64,000 nucleotides of DNA from Candidatus Eiseniibacteriota bacterium. Lineage in GTDB: Bacteria > Eisenbacteria > RBG-16-71-46. The stretch is taken from positions 128,001-192,000 of the forward strand of contig JBGPFC010000002.1 in the NCBI GenBank assembly GCA_041483195.1, given 5' to 3'. The position numbers were made by a program, and so were the translations under genes. A model generated the notes under the pieces. It was not told the DNA's origin, ran no database searches, and saw nothing but the letters and a program-made list of their open reading frames with translations. This document shows, piece by piece, positions 7,627 through 14,687 of the stretch; the stretch's first letter is position 1, and every line of letters begins with the position of its first letter.

Positions 7627-8814
7627 GTGTCGGTGCTCTCCATCCCGATGGGACCGCTGAGTCGTGCGCTCATGGACGACTCGGACAGCGGCGTGGTGGT
7701 GCTCGATCCCGCGGCACGAGTCGCGAGCATCAATCCGGCCGCGCTGCGTCTGCTCGCCCTTCGTGCCTCGGACGCTCGCGGCCGCCCGCTGAGCGAGCTG
7801 CTCCGCACCGTCGTCGCGAACGACGATCTCGTAGGCGACGCGTTGCGCGCATCGCGCACCGAACGCGAGGCGGTGCTGCTCGCGCGGGATGGAAGCGAGG
7901 TCCCCGCGCTCGTCCGCAGCGTTCGGCTGGGCCGCCCGCCGTGGGTGCTGATCACGCTGCGCGATCTCACGCAGGTCCGGCGCATGCGGGAGGAGCTCCG
8001 CCGCCACGAGCGGCTCGCCACCCTGGGCCAGCTGAGCGCCGGCATCGCGCACGAGATTCGCAATCCGCTCGCGGGCATCGGCACCAGTGCGCAGGTCCTG
8101 TTGCGCCGATTCGAGCCCCGCGACGATCGGGCCAAGTTCGTGCGGGTGATTCTCGAGGAGGTCGCGAGGCTCGACCGGATCGTGACCAGCCTGCTCCAGT
8201 ACGCCCGCCCCCGGACCCCCGAGCTGCGTGCCGGCACGCTCGCGGCCTGCATCGAGCGCGTGCGGGTGCTCGCGAGCGAAACCATCGGCCAGACCGGGGT
8301 GCGGGTGGAAGTCGACGTGGCGCCCCGGCTCGGTCCGGTCTACATTGACTCAGACCTCGTCACGCAGGTGGTGCTGAACATCACGCTGAATGCCGTTCAG
8401 GCGATGCCCCAGGGTGGGACGCTCCGCTACGAGGTGCGCCGCGCGCGTCGTCGTCCGGCGCCGCGCGGGCCCGGACGACGCGCGTCGGACGCGGTGCGCC
8501 CGCCGGGGGGGGCGCGACGAGCCGTCGAGCGCGTGACCTTCCAGCAGGTGCGCGTGAGCGACACGGGGACCGGGATCCCGCGCGGCGTGCTGGCGAAGCT
8601 GTTCGATCCGTTCTTCTCGACCAAGCCCCGGGGCACCGGGCTGGGTCTCTCGATCTCGCAGACCATCATGCAGGAGCACGGTGGGACGATCGAAGTGGCG
8701 AGCCGCGAAGGGCGCGGCACCACCGTCCTGCTCAATTTCCCCGTGGAGAAGCGACATGGTGAAAGGCGACAGCTCGACGCACGTGCAGACCGCGCACACG
8801 CTACTCATCGTTGA
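7627..8814 (+). CDS. Cytoplasmic PAS sensor histidine kinase (NtrB/AtoS/FleS-like)
   Basis: PAS (GVVVLD....IN.AA..LL), AHEIRNPL H-box, NAVQAM N-box, DTGTGI, FDPFFSTK, GTGLGL; start could be 7627 or 7648. Confidence 0.92.
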   Translation: MSVLSIPMGPLSRALMDDSDSGVVVLDPAARVASINPAALRLLALRASDARGRPLSELLRTVVANDDLVGDALRASRTEREAVLLARDGSEVPALVRSVRLGRPPWVLITLRDLTQVRRMREELRRHERLATLGQLSAGIAHEIRNPLAGIGTSAQVLLRRFEPRDDRAKFVRVILEEVARLDRIVTSLLQYARPRTPELRAGTLAACIERVRVLASETIGQTGVRVEVDVAPRLGPVYIDSDLVTQVVLNITLNAVQAMPQGGTLRYEVRRARRRPAPRGPGRRASDAVRPPGGARRAVERVTFQQVRVSDTGTGIPRGVLAKLFDPFFSTKPRGTGLGLSISQTIMQEHGGTIEVASREGRGTTVLLNFPVEKRHGERRQLDARADRAHATHR

Positions 8815-10189
8815 CGACGAGCGTTCGCTGCGCTTCAGCATCGGGGAATGGGCGCGCGACGCGGGTTACCAGCCGGTCGAGGCCGCAGGGTGCCGCGAGG
8901 CGCTGGAACGCATGCGTGAGCAATCCGTCGATGTCGTGCTGCTCGACCTCAAGCTCGGGGACGAGGACGGCATGGAGGTGCTTCGTGATCTGCGCGCCGA
9001 GGATCCCTCGCTGCCGATCATCATGCTGACCGGGCACGGCACCATCGAGCACGCGGTGCGCGCGACGCGGCTCGGCGCATACGACTTCATGCTCAAGCCT
9101 CCCGATCTGGACCACCTGGGTGTGGTGGTGGCCCGCGCGCTCGAACACTCGCGGCTCCGCCGGGAGGTCGATCGCTTCCGCGCGACCTCTGGCCAGAATC
9201 AGCCCATGATCGGCGAGAGTCCGGGGCTCAAGCGCGTGCTCCAGCGACTCGAGAAGGCGGGCAAGAGCAGCAGCGCGACCGTCCTCATCCAGGGGGAGAC
9301 CGGGGTGGGGAAGGAGCTCATGGCGCAGTTTCTCCACGCTCACAGCCCGCGCGCCGGCGGGCCGTTCATCGAGCTCAATTGCAGCGCGATTCCCGAGCAG
9401 CTTCTCGAGAGCGAGCTCTACGGGCACGAGAAGGGCGCGTTCACCGACGCCAAGCGGTTCAAGAAGGGGCTGTTCGAACTGGCCGACGGCGGCACCCTGT
9501 TTCTCGACGAGATTGGTGAAATGGCGCCCGCGCTCCAATCGAAGCTGCTGCGAGTGCTCGAGAATCGCACCTTCCGCCGCGTGGGCGGACACGCCGACAT
9601 CACGGTCGACGTTCGGGTCGTGGCCGCGACGCACCGCGATCTCAAGCGCGCGGTCAGCGATGGAAAATTCCGGGAGGACCTCTACTTCCGGCTCAACGTC
9701 GTGCCGATCGAAATGCCTCCGTTGCGCGATCGGCAGGAGGACATCCGGGCGCTCGCGGAGCATTTCATCACGCGCTTCTGCCGCGAGCTGGGCCGCCCGG
9801 TCCTGCGACTCCACCCCGAAGCGCTCAGGGGTTTTCACGACTACGCGTGGCCTGGAAACGTTCGCGAGCTGAAGAACGTCATCGAGCGCGTGGTCCTGCT
9901 CGAGGCCGACGACGAGATCCGGCGCGAGCACCTGCCCTCCGAAATCCATCGCACGACCACGCGCGAGACCGCGGCGGGCGCGGCGGCGAGCCCGTTCCCC
10001 CCGGGGGTCGTTCGGCCGCTTGCCGAGATCGAGATGCTGGCGATCGATCACGCGCTGGTCGTGTGCGAGGGTAACAAGACCCGCGCGGCGCACCTGCTCG
10101 GCATCTCGCGCCAGACCCTGAGAACCAAGCTCAAGGAATTCGCCATCGAGGACGATGTTGAAGAGGGTGGCGAGGTGGGCCCCGAGTAG
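8756..10189 (+). CDS. sigma54-dependent response regulator (REC-AAA+-HTH Fis; NtrC/AtoC/FleR family)
   Basis: REC domain (LIVDD, LLDL), GETGVGKE, GAFTDA, LFLDEIGE, FREDLYFRL, WPGNVREL, GNKTRAAHLLGISRQTL. Confidence 0.96.
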   Translation: MVKGDSSTHVQTAHTLLIVDDERSLRFSIGEWARDAGYQPVEAAGCREALERMREQSVDVVLLDLKLGDEDGMEVLRDLRAEDPSLPIIMLTGHGTIEHAVRATRLGAYDFMLKPPDLDHLGVVVARALEHSRLRREVDRFRATSGQNQPMIGESPGLKRVLQRLEKAGKSSSATVLIQGETGVGKELMAQFLHAHSPRAGGPFIELNCSAIPEQLLESELYGHEKGAFTDAKRFKKGLFELADGGTLFLDEIGEMAPALQSKLLRVLENRTFRRVGGHADITVDVRVVAATHRDLKRAVSDGKFREDLYFRLNVVPIEMPPLRDRQEDIRALAEHFITRFCRELGRPVLRLHPEALRGFHDYAWPGNVRELKNVIERVVLLEADDEIRREHLPSEIHRTTTRETAAGAAASPFPPGVVRPLAEIEMLAIDHALVVCEGNKTRAAHLLGISRQTLRTKLKEFAIEDDVEEGGEVGPE

Positions 10190-10292
10190 TTCGCAGCGCC
10201 TCTCCCTGGTCCCGCGGCTCGCGCCGATCTTCCCCCGGCGCCGACCAGGAACCGTTCGTGCGTTCTAGGCGTGCGCAACGAGGTTAGGCGGG

Positions 10293-10313
10293 CGGAATGC
10301 ATTTCGGAATGCA
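10293..10313. promoter_or_regulatory. Candidate enhancer/activator binding site
   Basis: Palindrome TGCATT-TCGG-AATGCA (10298-10313) overlapping a direct repeat of CGGAATGCA, ~190 bp upstream of the sigma54 promoter. Confidence 0.4.
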
Positions 10314-10499
10314 GTCGGTTCGCGCGTTTCGCCAACTCCGGAGCTGATCCACCCGCCCGGCCGGGTTCGCGCGGTTTCTCGCGCGGCGCCACAAGTCGCT
10401 CTCCCTGAACGGTATGGCCCCGGCCTCACGGGCGCATCGCCGATCCGATCCCGGGCTCGGAATGAGCGCCGGCCGCGTCGTTCGCGCCCTGCCCGAGGC

Positions 10500-10515
10500 T
10501 GGCACGCAGACTGCA
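10500..10515 (+). promoter_or_regulatory. sigma54 (-24/-12) promoter of the RR-flhG-fliA operon
   Basis: TGGCACGCAGACTGCA: GG-N10-GC with TGGCACG consensus, 39 nt before ATG 10555. Confidence 0.75.
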
Positions 10516-10554
10516 ACCGGGTTTCCGCGCTGCCACCCACGGAGACCCCTTTCC

Positions 10555-10956
10555 ATGTCCCACATTCTCATCGTCGATGACGAACCCACCACCTCGTGGG
10601 CGCTCGCGGAAGGGCTGTCGGACGACGGCTTCAGCATCGACACCTTTCGCAGCGCCGAAGACGCGTGGGCCTGGCTCCAGGGTGGGCACAGCGACCTCGT
10701 CATCTCCGATCTCCGGCTGCCGGGCATGAGCGGACTCGAACTCGCTCGCAAGCTACGCCGCGGCCGCCACGCGCAACCGGTCATCATCGTGACGGCGTAC
10801 GGCACCCCGGAGACGATCCGCGACCTGCGCGGCGCGGGTGTCGCCGACTGCTTTACCAAGCCGTTCCCGATCGATCGGCTGCGTCGCTCGGTGCGCCTCG
10901 CGCTCGAGGCCGCCGCCCAGCGCGCCCGCCGGCGCCGCAAGGCCGCGGCGTGCTGA
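10555..10956 (+). CDS. Single-domain response regulator (REC)
   Basis: ILIVDDE, VISDLRLPGMSGLEL, IIVTAYG, KPF. Confidence 0.92.
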   Translation: MSHILIVDDEPTTSWALAEGLSDDGFSIDTFRSAEDAWAWLQGGHSDLVISDLRLPGMSGLELARKLRRGRHAQPVIIVTAYGTPETIRDLRGAGVADCFTKPFPIDRLRRSVRLALEAAAQRARRRRKAAAC

Positions 10957-11291
10957 GCCGCCCCGCCTCGCAACGCGCGCGCGGCCTCAGGCGCGCCCCC
11001 GCGCCGGTGCGCCAGCTCGCGGCGCTCCATTCCGGCCGGGCGCGGATTCGCGCCGCGCTCGAACATTGCGCGGAGCAGGAACGCGCGGTGCTGGCCCTCA
11101 TGTTGTTCGAGCGCCTCACGCCGGCGGAAGCCGCGCAGGCGCTGGGGATGCCGATCACGGATCTGCTGCGCACCTACGACGCGCTGCTCCGCGAGCTGCG
11201 GCGCGCGCTGCGCGGGCTGAGATTCCGATCGAGGCTCACGCAGGACGGCCGCACCCGCACCGCGTCCGAAGCGCGCGTGAGGGAAGCCTGA
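10950..11291 (+). CDS. Stand-alone sigma70 region-4-like HTH protein, paralogous to the FliA C-terminus
   Basis: ALEHCAEQERAVLALMLFERLTPAEAAQALGM aligns without gaps to FliA TLDQLPEQERLVVALYYYEHLTLKEIGRALGI; start overlaps the upstream stop. Confidence 0.75.
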   Translation: MLSRPASQRARGLRRAPAPVRQLAALHSGRARIRAALEHCAEQERAVLALMLFERLTPAEAAQALGMPITDLLRTYDALLRELRRALRGLRFRSRLTQDGRTRTASEARVREA

Positions 11292-11563
11292 TGCCGATCC
11301 GGCGGCCTCTGACCCCGAGCGCCGATCCGGCGGGTGAGATCCCGGCGACGTCGGGGGCGCGACTCGATCGCATCGACGCCGCGCTCGTTTCTCTGGGCGC
11401 GGAGCAGCATCGCCTCGAGCGCATCGGCCTCGAAATCCCACTCGCGCGCTGTCATACCCAGAAGCGCTACTGGATGTTCCTGAGGGCGTTGTTCTCGATC
11501 CCGGATGCGAAGCGCTCCACCCCGTGCGGAGGATCACCGTGGCCGAGCGCGACGATTCGCTGA
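11291..11563 (+). CDS. Hypothetical small helical protein (90 aa)
   Basis: TGATG translational coupling; helical core RLDRIDAALVSLGAEQHRLERIGLEIPLARCHTQKRYWMFLRALF. Confidence 0.6.
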   Translation: MPIRRPLTPSADPAGEIPATSGARLDRIDAALVSLGAEQHRLERIGLEIPLARCHTQKRYWMFLRALFSIPDAKRSTPCGGSPWPSATIR

Positions 11564-12462
11564 AGCCTTCGAGCCGGGCCGGCGCAAGGCGTCAGCGGCC
11601 GCCGCTGGCCGTGGTCCCCGGGACCGGCCAGCCGGCGGAGTCCGAGGACCATCCCGCGCGGTGGAGCCGCCCGCACGTGCCGATGATCGTCATCGCGAGC
11701 GGGAAGGGCGGGGTGGGCAAGAGCAACCTCTCCGCGAATCTCGCGGTCGCGCTCGGTGAGCGCGGCGCCCGCGTGCTGCTGGTGGACGCCGATTTCTCCC
11801 AGGCCAGCCTCGATCTGCTGCTCGGCCTTCATCCGCGTCACGACCTGCAGCACGTGCTGGCTGGCGAGAAGACCCTCGAGGATATCGTCGTCGAGGGGCC
11901 GTTTGGGGTGAAACTGGTTCCCGCGGCATCCGGGGCGCCCGAACTCGTCGATCTCGACGACGTGCGCCTCGAGTCCCTGCTGCGCGGCCTGTCCCAGCTC
12001 GAGGCCGACATCGACCTCGTGCTCCTCGATACCGCGTCGGGGGTCGGGCGCCAGGTGACTTCGCTCTGCCTGGCGGCCGACGAGGTCGTGGTCGTGACCA
12101 CTCCCGAGATGCCCGCCTTCGCGGATGCGTATGGCCTCATCAAGCTCCTCCAGCACCAGGGGCTCGCGCGTCCGGTGCACCTGCTCGTGAACATGGCGGG
12201 AAGCCCGGAGGAGGCGGAAGAGACCGCGCACCGCATTCGGCTCGTGGCCCGACGCTTCCTGCGCATGCAGCTCGACGTCTGGGAGCCGGTGCCGTTCGAT
12301 CTCGCCATTCCCCGCGCCGTGCGCCGCCAGGAACCCGTGCTGACCGCGTACCCGCAGTCCCCGGCGGCGGCGGCCTATCGGGCGCTTGCCGAGCGTCTCT
12401 GGACCACGCCACCGCCGACGCCGACGATCGAGATTTCACATCCGCAGCGTTTGGAAGCCTGA
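11539..12462 (+). CDS. flhG: FlhG/FleN-type MinD/ParA ATPase
   Basis: ASGKGGVGKSN deviant Walker A, LVDAD, DTASG, VVTTPE..AFADAYGLIK; GGAGG RBS; immediately upstream of fliA. Confidence 0.88.
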   Translation: MAERDDSLKPSSRAGARRQRPPLAVVPGTGQPAESEDHPARWSRPHVPMIVIASGKGGVGKSNLSANLAVALGERGARVLLVDADFSQASLDLLLGLHPRHDLQHVLAGEKTLEDIVVEGPFGVKLVPAASGAPELVDLDDVRLESLLRGLSQLEADIDLVLLDTASGVGRQVTSLCLAADEVVVVTTPEMPAFADAYGLIKLLQHQGLARPVHLLVNMAGSPEEAEETAHRIRLVARRFLRMQLDVWEPVPFDLAIPRAVRRQEPVLTAYPQSPAAAAYRALAERLWTTPPPTPTIEISHPQRLEA

Positions 12463-12477
12463 GAGGAGGAAGTCCCC

Positions 12478-13302
12478 ATGCCCCGTGCCGCCACCGCGTC
12501 CCCTGCACGTCCGTCCGTTTCCCTTCGCCTGGTGCCTCGCCGCGCCGCACCCGCGACAGCGCCGGGCCTCACCCCCGTGACCTACTCGAAGGACGATCTC
12601 CTCAAGCGGTTCGCGCCGCTGGTGCGTCACGTCGTCGAGCGGGTGGCCGCGACGCTGCCGCGCAACGTCGATCATGAGGATCTCTACTCGGCGGGGGTGC
12701 TCGGCCTGCTCGATGCCCACGCCAAGTTCGACACCCGCAAGGGCGTGAAGTTCGAGACCTACGCGGTGTGGCGGATCAAGGGCGCAGTCCTCGATCAGCT
12801 GCGCGCGCTCGACTGGGTGTCGCGCTCGATGCGACGCAAGGCTCGCAATCTCGACGGCATCACACGCAAGCTCGACCAGAAGCTGGGACGCGCGGCGTCC
12901 GAGGACGAGGTCGCGCGCGAGATGAAGATGACGCGTGGCGAATTCTATCGGTTGCTCGATCACGTTCGGGGAGCGGTGCTGGTCTCGCTCGACGAGAGCC
13001 GTTCGGGCGAGGAGCAGGAACCCACCACGCTCGCCGACCATCTGCCCGATCCCAACGCCGCCGACGTCGAGGCCCGGCTCGAGGAAGAGCAGACGCATCA
13101 CGTGATGCTCAAGACCCTCGATCAGCTTCCCGAGCAGGAGCGGCTGGTGGTGGCGCTCTACTACTACGAGCACCTCACGCTCAAGGAAATCGGCAGAGCC
13201 CTGGGCATCTCGGAATCGCGCGTCTCCCAGGTTCACACGCGCGCCATGATGCGGCTGCGTCTCCGGCTGCAGAAGGCCCTGGCGCAGGAGCGGGCGGCGT
13301 GA
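12478..13302 (+). CDS. fliA: RNA polymerase sigma factor, FliA/WhiG (sigma28) family
   Basis: LPRNVDHEDLYSAGVLGL, KFETYAVWRIKGAVLDQLRALDWVSRS, ALYYYEHLTLKEIG..LGISESRVSQVH. Confidence 0.96.
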   Translation: MPRAATASPARPSVSLRLVPRRAAPATAPGLTPVTYSKDDLLKRFAPLVRHVVERVAATLPRNVDHEDLYSAGVLGLLDAHAKFDTRKGVKFETYAVWRIKGAVLDQLRALDWVSRSMRRKARNLDGITRKLDQKLGRAASEDEVAREMKMTRGEFYRLLDHVRGAVLVSLDESRSGEEQEPTTLADHLPDPNAADVEARLEEEQTHHVMLKTLDQLPEQERLVVALYYYEHLTLKEIGRALGISESRVSQVHTRAMMRLRLRLQKALAQERAA

Positions 13303-13700
13303 CGCAGCCGGAGACCGCGGAGCCGCTGCTGCCGCCGCCGCCCCACGAGGCGATGATCGAGCGCATGCTCGAGCACGCGCACGCGATCGAGGCGGCGGGC
13401 AAGCCCGAGCACGCGGCCGCCCTCAGGTCTTCACTCGAGGGCTGGCGGCGGGCGCAGCAGGATTGGATTGAGCGCCTCGCGCGGGCGCTCGCGGTCCACC
13501 ACGAGATCAACAACGCGCTGGTCGGCGTGCGGGGCAACGCACAGCTGCTGCTGATGGGTCCGGCGGGCAAACAGCCGGGCGTGAGAGAGCGTCTGGAGGT
13601 CGTGATCCGTGAATCCAAGCGCATCCAGGAAGCCGCCGGGAGAATTCGCGAGATCAAGGCCGCGATCGGCGGCGCGGACCCGGCCTCCCGTGCCGCCTGA
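13299..13700 (+). CDS. HisKA (DHp)-only protein, putative phosphotransferase or kinase modulator
   Basis: HHEINNALVGVRGNAQLLL H-box helix and a second helix; no HATPase domain; GTGA overlap with the fliA stop. Confidence 0.8.
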   Translation: MTQPETAEPLLPPPPHEAMIERMLEHAHAIEAAGKPEHAAALRSSLEGWRRAQQDWIERLARALAVHHEINNALVGVRGNAQLLLMGPAGKQPGVRERLEVVIRESKRIQEAAGRIREIKAAIGGADPASRAA

Positions 13701-14670
13701 CGCCGGCCGGGCCTCCGGGCCCGACGCCACGAGCCGCCGGGCGGATGGCGCGACCGCGGTCTCGGGAACGCCGGGCGGCGAAGCGATCGCGCGTCGCCGC
13801 GCCTCGCGTTCGCTGTGGGCGGCATGCGAGGCGCTGCTCACGGCCGCGTCCGAGCCGCGTGCTGTGAATCGTGCGCTCGACGCGCTGCGCGTCGCGTTCG
13901 AGTGTGACGGCGTCGCGATCCACGCGCTGGGGCCGGAGGGCGCGATGGAGCCGCTGTGCGCGCGCGGAGAATGGCGTGTCGCTCCCGGCGACCTGCGCGA
14001 CTGCGTGAGCGTGCCGCTGATGCGCGGCGCGGAACGGGTCGGCGCCCTCGAGCTGCTCGCGCGGCCGGGCCAGCACTGGCGCCCGGCGCAAATCGGCCTG
14101 GTGCGAACCGCATCCGGCGCGCTGGGTGCCGCGCTCGGCGTTCGTCTCGAGCTCCAGCGCCTGCGCCACCAGCCGGGTCGTGACGGCGTCACCGGGCTGC
14201 CCGACGCGCGAGCTTTTCACGCGCGGCTTCACGAGGAACTCGCTCGCGCGCGCCGCCATGGATTGCCGCTCGCGGTCGTCATGGTCGACATCGATCGTTT
14301 TGCCGCACTCAATTCGCGCTACGGGCGCGCCGTCGGCGATGCGGTGCTCGCCGAGACGGCGCTGCTGCTGCGGCTGACCTTGCGCGAGACCGACGTGCTC
14401 GCGCGCCTCGGGGGCGATCGCTTCGGAATCGTGCTCCCGGAGTGCGACGTACCGGCCGCGGCACGCTGCGCCGAGCGGGTACGGCGCATCGTGGAGGAGC
14501 ACGAATTCGCCCGCGTCGGCCGCGTCAGCGCCTCGGCGGGCGTGGCGGTCAGTCCCCGGGACGGGATGGAACTGGTCGAGATCATGAATCGCCTCGACCA
14601 CGCGATCGCGATCGCCAAGAAGTCGGGACGCAGGCGGGTCGCCGTGGCCGGACAGACGCACACCCACTGA
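13690..14670 (+). CDS. GAF-like + degenerate GGDEF protein (GGDRF), intact RxxD I-site
   Basis: RDGVTGLPD, DIDRFAALNSRYGRAVGDAVL, RETD-VLARL-GGDRF. Confidence 0.88.
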   Translation: MPPDAGRASGPDATSRRADGATAVSGTPGGEAIARRRASRSLWAACEALLTAASEPRAVNRALDALRVAFECDGVAIHALGPEGAMEPLCARGEWRVAPGDLRDCVSVPLMRGAERVGALELLARPGQHWRPAQIGLVRTASGALGAALGVRLELQRLRHQPGRDGVTGLPDARAFHARLHEELARARRHGLPLAVVMVDIDRFAALNSRYGRAVGDAVLAETALLLRLTLRETDVLARLGGDRFGIVLPECDVPAAARCAERVRRIVEEHEFARVGRVSASAGVAVSPRDGMELVEIMNRLDHAIAIAKKSGRRRVAVAGQTHTH

Positions 14671-14687
14671 GAGCGGCGGAGGCCGGA

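Noticed and set aside
8756..8814. Kinase/regulator 59-nt overlap as a frameshifted fusion
   Set aside because: Both proteins are complete, and the regulator has its own GGAG SD and ATG.
10190..10400. tRNA or structured ncRNA in the intergenic region
   Set aside because: No cloverleaf, T-loop or recognisable RNA family motif; better explained as a sigma54 enhancer region.
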